The notes under the pieces are model-generated. The model saw nothing but the letters and a program-made list of their open reading frames with translations, was not told the origin of the DNA and ran no database searches. This document shows positions 38,938 through 47,869 of a DNA stretch of 64,000 nucleotides, piece after piece. The DNA is from Hyphococcus sp. (GTDB lineage: Bacteria > Pseudomonadota > Alphaproteobacteria > Caulobacterales > Parvularculaceae), in contig JANQJK010000004.1 in NCBI GenBank assembly GCA_028281665.1, positions 65,165 to 129,164 of the forward strand. The letters run 5' to 3'. Position 1 is the stretch's first letter. The number at the start of each line of letters is the position of its first letter. Position numbers and translations under genes: made by a program.

Positions 38938-40466
38938 TCCTCGTCGTCCATCTCTGCGGCGATTTCGGTGTGGAACGGTTCTTCTTCCGTTTCCGGAAAG
39001 TCGCTTCGATGATGCGCGCCTCTCGACTCTTCCCGGGCGAGAGCGCCTTGCGTAATAAGCTCCGCGGTGACGAGTGCGCTTTTCAAGCCGCTGGTCATGG
39101 TCTCGCGTTCGTGAAGCGCGGCGATAACTTCAAGGACATCGGTAAGCTCATCTTCCGAGCGGATGAGCGCGCACCCTTTCGACATCGCTTTGCGCAGTTT
39201 CTTCATCGCCTTCGGGTCGGCGGGCTTTGACGCAACTTCCATGCGGTCGGCGGGGGCGCCGGCTTCATCTCGCTGGTCCAGCGGTTTTTCGCGCAGCTGA
39301 TCGGCGATCCGCGCGCCGAAGACGACCGCTTCAAGCAAAGAATTGGAGGCGAGGCGGTTGGCGCCATGAACGCCGGTCGAGGCAACTTCGCCGACCGCCC
39401 AAAGTCCGTCCAGCGTCGTCGCGCCGTCAAGGTCGGTGTAGACCCCGCCCATATGATAGTGGGCGGCGGGCGCGACGGGCATAAGGTCCGACCGCGGATC
39501 GATCTCCGCATTCTGGCAGGCGGCGAACACTGTCGGGAAGTTCTTCGGGAACGCATCGCCGATGGCGTCGCGCGCGTCGAGAAAGGCGCCACGTTTTGCC
39601 TTGATCTCCGCCTCGACGGCGCGTGCGACGATATCGCGCGGCGCCATGTCGCCGGCGGGATGGTAGTCTTCCATGAACGCGCGCCCGTCCTTGTTTACGA
39701 GATGGGCGCCGTCGCCGCGCAACGCCTCTGTCGCAAGGGGGGCGGGGTCCGCGCCGATATCAAGCGCTGTCGGGTGAAACTGAACGAATTCCGGGTCGCG
39801 AATGAGCGCGCCTGCTCGGGCGGCGAAGGCGAGGCCGTGTCCCTGCGCCGGCGTCGGATTGGTTGTGACGGCGTAAAGCCCGCCCAGACCGCCGGTTGCG
39901 AGGATTGTCTCGCTGGCGTCGAGCGCGGCGCGCTCCCCGGCCGCGACGTCATAGATCAGCGCGCCGCCAACGGCGCCGTGATCGTCGACAAGCAAGTCCT
40001 CGGCGACAATGCGTTCGAGAATAGTGATGTGCTCGCTCGTGCTCGCCGCTTTGACGAGCGCGTCCATGATGGCAGCGCCCGCCCGGTCGCCGCTCGCATG
40101 GACGATGCGGTCCCGGCAATGCGCCGCCTCGCGTCCAAGAACGAGGCCGCCGTCCTTGTGCTGATCGAATTTCACGCCGAGACGCATCAGGTCTTCGACG
40201 GCAAACGCGCCGCCGTCAACGAGGACGCTGGCGGCTTCTGCATCGACGAGCCCTGCGCCCGCCTGCATCGTATCCGCGAAATGAAGGTTGGGCGTGTCGT
40301 CGTCGCCGACCGCGGCGGCCATTCCGCCTTGCGCCCAGGGCGTCGACCCACCGAGCCCGAGCGGGCGCGCCGTAATCACGGTAACCGGCCGCGGCGCCAG
40401 TTTCAGCGCAGTGTAAAGCCCCGCAACGCCGGCGCCGATAATGAGGATGTCTGCTTTTTCGGCCAA
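38934..40466 (-). CDS. nadB: L-aspartate oxidase
   Basis: 510 aa with a TTG start. Contains the FAD motif ILIIGAGVAGL, plus HPTAL and RGAHHRSDFP. Confidence 0.9.
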   Translation of the reverse strand: MAEKADILIIGAGVAGLYTALKLAPRPVTVITARPLGLGGSTPWAQGGMAAAVGDDDTPNLHFADTMQAGAGLVDAEAASVLVDGGAFAVEDLMRLGVKFDQHKDGGLVLGREAAHCRDRIVHASGDRAGAAIMDALVKAASTSEHITILERIVAEDLLVDDHGAVGGALIYDVAAGERAALDASETILATGGLGGLYAVTTNPTPAQGHGLAFAARAGALIRDPEFVQFHPTALDIGADPAPLATEALRGDGAHLVNKDGRAFMEDYHPAGDMAPRDIVARAVEAEIKAKRGAFLDARDAIGDAFPKNFPTVFAACQNAEIDPRSDLMPVAPAAHYHMGGVYTDLDGATTLDGLWAVGEVASTGVHGANRLASNSLLEAVVFGARIADQLREKPLDQRDEAGAPADRMEVASKPADPKAMKKLRKAMSKGCALIRSEDELTDVLEVIAALHERETMTSGLKSALVTAELITQGALAREESRGAHHRSDFPETEEEPFHTEIAAEMDDEE

Positions 40467-40593
40467 ATGTCGCCCTGCCGTTTAACCGCGTTCGCCGAGG
40501 GCGAAACGAATAATATCCGCTTGCTGGCCGGCGGCGATGTCGGCTGAGAAGGCTTCCATGATTTCCACTATTCGCCCCGCTTGGCTTTTGTGC

Positions 40594-41694
40594 TTACGCA
40601 CGCGCCTCGACGGCGGCGACTTCCGGCGCGCGTTCGTGGGTGTACATGGACTGGCGCGTCAGGGGCAGGGCGATCATGCGCTCGATGGCCTGGCGCGCCT
40701 TGGCCATAACGGCGGGATCGATCTCGACCTTGTGCTCCATCGCCTGCAACGAGCGGAGGATCTTCGGCAGTGAGATGCGTTTCATGTGCGGGCAGAGATT
40801 GCACGGCCGCACGAAATTGACGTTGGGATTTTCGCTCGCGACATTGTCCGACATGGAGCATTCGGTAATCAGCACGACGTTTTTCGGCTGATTGTCCCTG
40901 ACGTAATTCGACATGCCGCTGGTGGAGCCGGCGAAGTCCGCTTCGGCGAGAACGTCCGGCGGGCATTCCGGGTGGGCAAGGACGATAACGCCGGGCGTGC
41001 CTTCGCGCAGTTCGCGAATGTCTTCCGCCGTAAAGCGCTCATGCACCTCGCATGCGCCCGCCCAGGTGACGATCTTTACATCCGTCATGGCGGCGACATT
41101 GCGTGCAAGATACTGGTCGGGCAGGAACAGCACCGTGTCAGAGTTCCATTCCTTCGCCGCGTGTTCGACGATCTCGACGGCGTTGGACGATGTGCAGCAA
41201 ATGTCTGTTTCAGCTTTTACATCGGCCGTGGAGTTTACATAGGTGACGACGGGCGCGCCCGGATATTTCTGTTTGAGCAAGCGCACGTCATCGCCCGTAA
41301 TCGATGCGGCAAGGGAACAGCCCGCCTTGAGATCCGGGATCAGCACGGTTTTCTCCGGACACAGAATTTTTGAGGTTTCCGCCATGAAGTGGACGCCCGC
41401 CTGCACGATAATGTCTGCGTCCGTTCGGGCCGCTTCCTTTGCGAGTTGCAGGCTGTCGCCGGCAAAGTCGCCGACACAGTTGTAGATTTCCGGCGTCATA
41501 TAGTTGTGCGCCAGAATAACGGCGTTCTTTTCGCGCTTCAGATCGTTGATCGCGGCGATATAGGGCGCATGAACCCGCCACTCGATCTCGGGAATGAATT
41601 TCGCGACCTTCGGATAGAGATGATCGGTCTTCGCACGAACCGCGTCAGTGAACGGGAGTTGATCGTTGTCAAACTCGTTTCCAAATGCAGGCAT
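40594..41694 (-). CDS. nadA: Quinolinate synthase
   Basis: 366 aa. AAGGAGG SD lies 8 nt upstream of the ATG. Contains ILAHNYM, GVHFMAE and conserved Cys residues (CEVH, CPHM). Confidence 0.9.
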   Translation of the reverse strand: MPAFGNEFDNDQLPFTDAVRAKTDHLYPKVAKFIPEIEWRVHAPYIAAINDLKREKNAVILAHNYMTPEIYNCVGDFAGDSLQLAKEAARTDADIIVQAGVHFMAETSKILCPEKTVLIPDLKAGCSLAASITGDDVRLLKQKYPGAPVVTYVNSTADVKAETDICCTSSNAVEIVEHAAKEWNSDTVLFLPDQYLARNVAAMTDVKIVTWAGACEVHERFTAEDIRELREGTPGVIVLAHPECPPDVLAEADFAGSTSGMSNYVRDNQPKNVVLITECSMSDNVASENPNVNFVRPCNLCPHMKRISLPKILRSLQAMEHKVEIDPAVMAKARQAIERMIALPLTRQSMYTHERAPEVAAVEARA

Positions 41695-41761
41695 CCTTCG
41701 CGCCTCCTTTGCAGTCCCGGTCTTGATACGCAGCAGCCGAGGGTGAACGGTCTCAAAGTAT

Positions 41762-41780
41762 TATGCTCAGACAGAGCATA
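41762..41780. promoter_or_regulatory. Perfect inverted repeat TATGCTC-agaca-GAGCATA, a candidate NadQ operator at the nadA promoter
   Basis: Seen directly in the sequence, 68-86 nt upstream of the nadA ATG. It abuts a TTGAAC -35-like hexamer on the nadA strand. Confidence 0.5.
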
Positions 41781-41880
41781 TATAGGTTCAAAAAAGGGCC
41801 CCTCAAGGGGCGAAGGCGCGCAAAATGAGCGCAAAGGTTTCCGCCGTCAAGAAAGTTTCACGGAATCATTCGGGATTATC

Positions 41881-41933
41881 CGTAAGTATTGACTTACGAA
41901 ATAGCTTCCCATATACGTAAGCATTGGCTTACG
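41881..41933. promoter_or_regulatory. Two 18-bp palindromes, CGTAAGtattgaCTTACG (41881-41898) and CGTAAGcattggCTTACG (41916-41933), a candidate ArsR-family operator pair
   Basis: Seen directly in the sequence. Their centres are 35 bp apart and the second ends 2 nt before the regulator's ATG. Confidence 0.5.
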
Positions 41934-41935
41934 AA

Positions 41936-42229
41936 ATGAAATTTGAGGCCCTGGCATGCCCGACGCGCCGCAGCGTCTTTGAGAAACTGCGGGGCGGGGC
42001 GTCCTCCGTGGGCGCGCTCGCGGTCGGCATGCCGGTGTCGCGCCCGGCGGTTTCTCAGCACCTGAAGATCCTGAAAGACGCTGGCCTGGTTGCCGAACGC
42101 CGGGATGGCGTGCGCCGAATCTACAGCATCGACCGCGCCGGCCTCGACGAGATGCGCGATTATTTCGACCGCTTCTGGGACGAGGCGCTCGATTCCTACA
42201 AACGCTCCCTGGAAGGGCGCGACGCATAA
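41936..42229 (+). CDS. ArsR/SmtB family transcriptional regulator
   Basis: Trimmed to the ATG at 41936 (MKFEALACPTRRSVFEKL). The HTH is VSRPAVSQHLKILKDAGLV. Confidence 0.85.
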   Translation: MKFEALACPTRRSVFEKLRGGASSVGALAVGMPVSRPAVSQHLKILKDAGLVAERRDGVRRIYSIDRAGLDEMRDYFDRFWDEALDSYKRSLEGRDA

Positions 42230-42244
42230 GCGGGAGAATACGCG

Positions 42245-42694
42245 ATGGAAACGCAGACCAGTATCGAGCCGATTGTCAAAACCCTTACGTTAAAGGCGTC
42301 TTGCGAAAAGGCGTTTCGTCACTTCACGGATCATATTCATCTCTGGTGGCCGCTTGCCGGTCATTCGCTCAGCCAGGCGGACGCGGAGACCGTGAAGTTC
42401 GAGGCGCGAAAAGACGGGCGAATCTATGAGATAGAGAAATCCGGCAGGGAGCGCGAATGGGGCCGCGTCGGCGTGTGCGACGCGCCGCACCGTCTCGTCT
42501 TTTCCTGGGTGCTCGAAAAACCCGCTGACGCAACGGAGGTCGAGGTTCGTTTTGAGGAAGAGGGCGATGACGCCTGCACCATGACGCTCATTCACCGCGG
42601 GTGGGACGAGCGCAGCGACGGCCGCAAATGGCGGGAAAACTATCACACGGGATGGGACGGCGTCCTAGGCGCTTACGCCGAAGCACTGAATTAG
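42245..42694 (+). CDS. SRPBCC / AHSA1-domain protein
   Basis: 149 aa. Contains HIHLWWP and HRGW. This protein commonly pairs with ArsR-type regulators. Confidence 0.7.
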   Translation: METQTSIEPIVKTLTLKASCEKAFRHFTDHIHLWWPLAGHSLSQADAETVKFEARKDGRIYEIEKSGREREWGRVGVCDAPHRLVFSWVLEKPADATEVEVRFEEEGDDACTMTLIHRGWDERSDGRKWRENYHTGWDGVLGAYAEALN

Positions 42695-43518
42695 TCCGCA
42701 ATCGCCCTTGTCTCGCCGGGATCGGTGAAGAGATCGCCGCCAAAGCGCGCCCGCCACTGGTCCCCATTGCCGGCGGCGCGTTTGGGAACGTGAATGCCGA
42801 TCGTCTGCTTCGCCTTGATGATGTCGGAGAGGATCAGCTCGCCATTGTCGTCGCCGACAAACCAGTATGGCGGGAACGCCGTGTTTGTCGTCTTTGCATC
42901 GAAATGCGCCTGATGGCGTGAAAAGTTCGAAATGGCGGTGTCGGCGTCGCCGAGATGCACGACCGTCGTGTCTTCATCAAGCGTAACCCGCCATGCGTAA
43001 TTCTGAATATGCGGACGATTGCCGGCGTGGGGCACGGAGACGACGTCAATATCGATGGCGCCGTGGGAAATCGTCTTGCCTGTATCGCCCGGCTCAAGCG
43101 CGAACGCATGAACGCGAGCCATCAACGGATCACCCGTATCGACGCCCGCCTCAAGCAAACTGTCGCGCACCTGTTCCGGCGCGAACATGACGACGTCCGT
43201 TTGCGCGCGCATGTAAGCGATCGCCGGTTCCGGTGAAAAATGATCGCCGTGGACATGGCTGATGAAGATGGCGTCGACGCCGTCGAACGGCGCTGCGCCG
43301 CTCGTCATGGCGTCGCTGATGTCGCTCGGAACAAGCGCGTATTGACCGTAACTCTCGGCATAAAATGCGTCGAACAGTATTTTCGTATCGCCGCGTTCCA
43401 CCATAACGCCTTCGTTGCCGATATAATGCGCGGTCGCATGATCATGGGCGGCGGCGTAAAGTGGGAACAGCGAAACAGCGAAAGCCGCAAACAACGATTT
43501 CATTTCAACGAACTCCAA
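42691..43518 (-). CDS. Exported MBL-fold metallo-hydrolase
   Basis: 275 aa. It has a signal peptide and the HVHGDHF (HxHxDH) motif. Confidence 0.75.
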   Translation of the reverse strand: MEFVEMKSLFAAFAVSLFPLYAAAHDHATAHYIGNEGVMVERGDTKILFDAFYAESYGQYALVPSDISDAMTSGAAPFDGVDAIFISHVHGDHFSPEPAIAYMRAQTDVVMFAPEQVRDSLLEAGVDTGDPLMARVHAFALEPGDTGKTISHGAIDIDVVSVPHAGNRPHIQNYAWRVTLDEDTTVVHLGDADTAISNFSRHQAHFDAKTTNTAFPPYWFVGDDNGELILSDIIKAKQTIGIHVPKRAAGNGDQWRARFGGDLFTDPGETRAIAD

Positions 43519-43752
43519 TCCCCTGTTGATGCATTAAACGATGCAGTGCCTCGTCGCAATTGAACGCCGGGTCCTTCAAACAACCGCTTGGTCGCGAAGT
43601 TTACGGGGGAGTTTACCTCGCCGTGCGCTCGCCAATCCGATTACGTCCGGCTGGTTGCGCGACGTGCGCGCCCCCGTTCCGGAAGCATACTTCATTTGGG
43701 GTATGCGCTGTGTCCGCGACAGCCTTAAGCACCGCCGCTTGAGTAAGCTTGG

Positions 43753-44739
43753 TTGGAGATTGTCGTGCGTTTGCAGGATGCTGTCATGGCCGCGGAACCG
43801 TTCCGCGTGAAAACGACGGATTCGGTCGTTCATGAGTTGCCGGGCGCTGCGGATTTGGCGAATCAAATCGCATCGGCGCCGGTCCGCTACAATCTTGCGA
43901 ATGATTGCGCGGCGATGGTGGCGCATGCGGCCTATAGCGACACGAACCTGGTTGACGCCTCCCTTGATCTCCTGCGCTTTCCATCGACGTCTTTCTGGAT
44001 CGAATGGCACGAGGAGGGGCGTCTGCTTGAGATGAAATCGCTTGGTCTCGCCACATCGGATGACGTTCAGCGCGCAACGAGAGTCGGCGCCTATGTGAAC
44101 ACCGACGAACTCGGGCGGCGCGGCCAAATCACTGTCTTCTGGCAGGACGAGCACGGCGAAGCGACGCTGTGCCCGGCATTCATCGAATTCGATCTGGACG
44201 ATCCCGATTTCTGTATGGGGACGTCCGGCGACAAACTGATACGCAAAATCGAGCTTTCGGGCACAGATGTCTTGAGCGGCCTGTTCAGACGCGCGCGCTA
44301 TACGTTCTTCGACCCCTGGCGCGACTATTATCAACGCTATTCCAAGAACGTCCATGATCTGAACAACAGTCTTCGACAGACTGTCCACTCGGTCGCGAAT
44401 GAGTTTCCATTCATTGCCGCTTTTTCGTTGCTGTTGTCCGCGCAAGGCGCCCTGCGATATGAATCAGGGTCTGTTGAGCGCCTGAACAAAGCGCGCCTTA
44501 AAAAGGGAAAACGCGCCCTGCTGGACTACGTTATGGTTTCGATGGATCTTGGCGCGCCGAACGCTCATCATTCGAATGCGCTTGACGGATCGCGGACGTC
44601 CCCGCGCCTTCATCACGTTTGCGGCCATATCGTACGGCGAAAGGACCGCCTGTACTGGCGACGGGCTCATATGCGCGGCAGTCCCGGCCGTGGCGCGATT
44701 GCAGCGCGGATTGTCAATGTCAAAGCCACATGCGCGTGA
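43753..44739 (+). CDS. Hypothetical protein, no recognisable domain
   Basis: Composition and GC3 look coding, unlike the Arg-rich antisense ORF at 43576-44445. The start is uncertain (TTG 43753, GTG 43765 or ATG 43786). The basic C-terminus reads PRLHHVCGHIVRRKDRLYWRRAHMRG. Confidence 0.55.
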   Translation: MEIVVRLQDAVMAAEPFRVKTTDSVVHELPGAADLANQIASAPVRYNLANDCAAMVAHAAYSDTNLVDASLDLLRFPSTSFWIEWHEEGRLLEMKSLGLATSDDVQRATRVGAYVNTDELGRRGQITVFWQDEHGEATLCPAFIEFDLDDPDFCMGTSGDKLIRKIELSGTDVLSGLFRRARYTFFDPWRDYYQRYSKNVHDLNNSLRQTVHSVANEFPFIAAFSLLLSAQGALRYESGSVERLNKARLKKGKRALLDYVMVSMDLGAPNAHHSNALDGSRTSPRLHHVCGHIVRRKDRLYWRRAHMRGSPGRGAIAARIVNVKATCA

Positions 44740-44787
44740 CCGTGGCGGCGTGTTTGTTGCGCCGCTGCGGCGTTTGCGACGATCCGA

Positions 44788-45945
44788 TTAAGACGATTTC
44801 CAGACCAGCGCGGCGAGGGCGGATTGCCGGTTTATCCCGGTCTTTGAGAATATGCTGCGCAACTGGGTGCGGATCGTATGCTGGCTGACGCCGGCGTCCC
44901 GGGCGGTGGTTTGAACGGTTGCGCCGTTGGCCAGTGAAACGGCGATGTTGCATTCCGCTTCCGTCAAACCATAGGTGTTTTTCAGTTCGTCAATCGCTTG
45001 CGACGTAAGGCCGATCGTTCTCACCATCACCAGGGCGAGCGCCTGTGCGCCGATCAGAGCGCCGGCGGGAACCGTTGCGGGCAGGATTTCAATTTCCAGC
45101 GACTGCTCATCGGCGCCCGCCTTCAGATAGGCCGGCGGCGTTTCCGCCAGCTGTCGTGCTCCCGCGGAAAAGATCGAGCGGGACAATTCCTCGGTCTTGG
45201 CGGCGTCATCAAGGGCGAGCCTGCCGTCTTTGATGCGCAATGTTTTCGTTTTGGTCAGCAAGTCCTCGGCGCTGGAATTGCGCCACAGAATTTTGCCGCT
45301 GCTGTCGATCAGGAAAGACGGCGTACGCGCCGAGGAGAGCGCGAGATTGATCGGCGCCCCGCTGAAGGTCTGCGCTGAACCGACATTCAGCGCAAGGCGC
45401 ACCGCGCGCCGCAAATGCGGGATCAAGGCGAGAAGGAAGGCTCTTTCGTCCTCTCCGAAACGCGTTGAATCATTCGTTCGCGAAAAGGCAATCGAGACTT
45501 CTATCTGATCGTCCTGCCAGGCGATGGCGCCGGCGAGCCACCGGCTGCCGATCCTGGAAAAAAAGTCCTGGAAGTACCCGCCGCTTTTCCAGTTCTCTTC
45601 CGTGAAATGCTCGTGACAGAGAAACACATTTGTTTCGCCGGGAATGTAAGCCTTGCGCATCGCATCGCGATGCGCGTTCACATATTGCCAGTGATCGAGG
45701 TAAGCCGCGATCGACTCGTCCGTGTACCCGTCGCCGAACCCCAGGAAGAATAATGTTTCGAGGGTTTTCTTCGAAATCGCGTGAATATTGACGCCGTGAG
45801 CGCCAATTTGGTCTTTCGCGAGACGAAGTGCGCTCTCCAGCGCTGTCGGATCGGAAACGCCCGCATATAGCCCGTCAAGAATATCTTCAAACGCGGCTGC
45901 CCGGGCGCGTGCGGTGTTGCTGGCGGTTGGATCGGCGACATGCAT
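44788..45945 (-). CDS. LuxR/GerE-family transcriptional regulator with a large N-terminal sensor-like region
   Basis: 385 aa. The C-terminal HTH is LTEAECNIAVSLANGATVQTTARDAGVSQHTIRTQLRSIFSKTG. Confidence 0.8.
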   Translation of the reverse strand: MHVADPTASNTARARAAAFEDILDGLYAGVSDPTALESALRLAKDQIGAHGVNIHAISKKTLETLFFLGFGDGYTDESIAAYLDHWQYVNAHRDAMRKAYIPGETNVFLCHEHFTEENWKSGGYFQDFFSRIGSRWLAGAIAWQDDQIEVSIAFSRTNDSTRFGEDERAFLLALIPHLRRAVRLALNVGSAQTFSGAPINLALSSARTPSFLIDSSGKILWRNSSAEDLLTKTKTLRIKDGRLALDDAAKTEELSRSIFSAGARQLAETPPAYLKAGADEQSLEIEILPATVPAGALIGAQALALVMVRTIGLTSQAIDELKNTYGLTEAECNIAVSLANGATVQTTARDAGVSQHTIRTQLRSIFSKTGINRQSALAALVWKSS

Positions 45946-46205
45946 GGCTACGACCGGTCAGGCGCTCAATCTTACTGCGGCGAACTGCCGGGGGCATGGC
46001 CGTTCCCGTTTTCGTGTCAGCGTTCGACGTAGGCTGCTGGGCTTCATCGCTTCCCCATATCGAAGCTTTGTATTGCTGGCCACCCTGCTTACGGACTGTA
46101 TGAAGTAAAGCCTGTATTGACAAATTGACCAGTTTTTGCGGCGAACCGACGATGATGCGGCCGGGCACGCTGCGGCGTCAGTATTGCAACCCGATTTCAT
46201 TGATT

Positions 46206-47207
46206 TCAAACCTGCATCCTCGGGATGGAGAGGCCCCCCGCTGCTCGGCTTTTTGATTTGTCGTGGTTTGCGCGAAACAGTGCGGCGGGCCGGCCGCCGG
46301 CCTGCTGCGTCGTCTGGCCGGTATGTTCCACGAACCCTGAATTTTCAATGCTGCGGCGAAAATTCTGTTTGTGAAACTTAAACCCGACAATGGCTTCGGT
46401 GATTTTTTGCAGTTGCAGGAGCGTGAATTCCGCCGGCGCCAGTTCGAATATGATCGGGCGGTAACGCAGCTTGCCGCGCAGGCGTCCGACGGCGGTGGCG
46501 AGAATGCGCCGGTGATCGGAAATCATCGCCATGCCGGTTTCAGAGCCTTTCGGTTCGTCGGCGTCGGGGGGCTCCAGCCCGGCCTCGCGCCGGTCGCGAA
46601 ACGCCTCCGCGACGAGGCCTGCTTCGTACATGAGTTCATAACGGTCGAGCGTACGCGCCTCGTCCCAGCCGGCGCCGTTTCGTCCGAAGGCGGCGGCGAC
46701 GCGCGCGCGCCGAATACTTTCATCGGAACCGCCTTGTGCGATCCAGGCGTCAAGCGCCGGATTGATTCGCTCCTTGAGCGCCGCCGGTTCGCCGCTGCGC
46801 CAGTCTTCCCACGGAAAAAACCCATACCAGTCCCGCCAGCCCGCCTCGGCGGCGCTCACCGGCGCCGGTTCGCGCGCCAATGCGAGATAGCCGACGGAAA
46901 CAACGCGGTCGCCCGCACCCGCAGAAGCGAGGGCTGCAAGCGGCGCCTCCCGGCCCATGTCGCCAAACGTGTAGAGCTGCTCGACATATCCGAGGGACAC
47001 ATGGGTCTGCCGCGTCACCCACTCGCGCACGCCGATCTCGAAGGTGCGGTGACGCTCCGGATCAAACGGACCATAGGGAAGACCGAGCGCGCCCTTCACT
47101 TTCACGCACAGCGCCATCGGCTGGTTGTCGGCGATTGCGGCGAGCACCGCGTTGAGGGTGATCGCGACATTGGCGGCGATGGGCGTGTTTTGCGGCGCGT
47201 TGCTCAT
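46206..47207 (-). CDS. nadQ: NadQ-type NAD regulator (degenerate Nudix domain plus C-terminal winged helix, COG4111-like)
   Basis: 333 aa. It has a Nudix-like core with a degenerate box (FEIGVREWVTRQT) and an NrtR-like C-terminal wHTH (FTLLQLQKITEAIVGFKFHKQNFRRSI). Confidence 0.65.
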   Translation of the reverse strand: MSNAPQNTPIAANVAITLNAVLAAIADNQPMALCVKVKGALGLPYGPFDPERHRTFEIGVREWVTRQTHVSLGYVEQLYTFGDMGREAPLAALASAGAGDRVVSVGYLALAREPAPVSAAEAGWRDWYGFFPWEDWRSGEPAALKERINPALDAWIAQGGSDESIRRARVAAAFGRNGAGWDEARTLDRYELMYEAGLVAEAFRDRREAGLEPPDADEPKGSETGMAMISDHRRILATAVGRLRGKLRYRPIIFELAPAEFTLLQLQKITEAIVGFKFHKQNFRRSIENSGFVEHTGQTTQQAGGRPAALFRANHDKSKSRAAGGLSIPRMQV

Positions 47208-47225
47208 CCGCCGTCTATGACGGAG

Positions 47226-47726
47226 TTATGCGGCGACTGGCAAGATCACCACGTTGTCGCAATCGGCGCCCGAGCAGGGCGACAGATCGAGGATTGCCTC
47301 GACCATGCGGTCCTCCCGGCCCATCAGCGCGTCGGCCTGCGAAATAAGGAGAATGTTCGGGTCGGCATGGGGCGCGGCCTTCCTGAGATCGCCTGCGATC
47401 TCGGTCTCGCACTTTCCCTCCTGGGCGGCGCAGAGAAGAATATAGGCGGCCGCCATCGAACGGGCGACGCCCTGATGGCAGTGAATGAGGATCGGTGCCT
47501 TACGGTCCCAGTTGCGACCCAGATCGATCAGCTTTTGGCAGCACGCCGGATTCTCATCCGTGCGCGAACAATCGCCGCTGATTTTAATGATGTTCTCGGC
47601 AGGCAGGCCGTCAAATGGACGCACCGGCCCCTCATCCTGTCCGAGGATGGAAACGACATGTCCGGGACGATACTTTTCGAACGCCGCGTCGGCCTTGTCG
47701 TAGCTGCTTACAATAATCTCGGACAC
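47226..47726 (-). CDS. Tyrosine-phosphatase-family (Cys-X5-Arg) protein
   Basis: 166 aa. The active-site loop is IHCHQGVARS. Its stop lies 18 nt before the nadQ ATG. Confidence 0.7.
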   Translation of the reverse strand: MSEIIVSSYDKADAAFEKYRPGHVVSILGQDEGPVRPFDGLPAENIIKISGDCSRTDENPACCQKLIDLGRNWDRKAPILIHCHQGVARSMAAAYILLCAAQEGKCETEIAGDLRKAAPHADPNILLISQADALMGREDRMVEAILDLSPCSGADCDNVVILPVAA

Positions 47727-47869
47727 TAAGGTTACGCGCCCCGTCTCTTTACTCGTTGCCGCGCAATCGCCTGCGCCTTTCGGAGATAGCGAGTGAGCGT
47801 AAACATGATAAGGCGCGAATCCTCACGAGTGCCTCAGATCGCGCCATTGTTATCTCCGTAGAGGCTTCC

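Noticed and set aside
41790-41811. GCCCC-tcaa-GGGGC hairpin that on the minus strand is followed by TTTTTT (terminator-like) just upstream of the nadA promoter
   Set aside because: No minus-strand gene upstream needs terminating. The T-run merges with the -35-like TTGAAC of nadA. It may insulate the promoter or be fortuitous, so I did not call it as a feature.
43576-44445. 289-aa minus-strand ORF competing with the 43753-44739 gene
   Set aside because: Its composition is Arg-rich and typical of shadow frames. The plus-strand frame has balanced composition and higher third-position GC.
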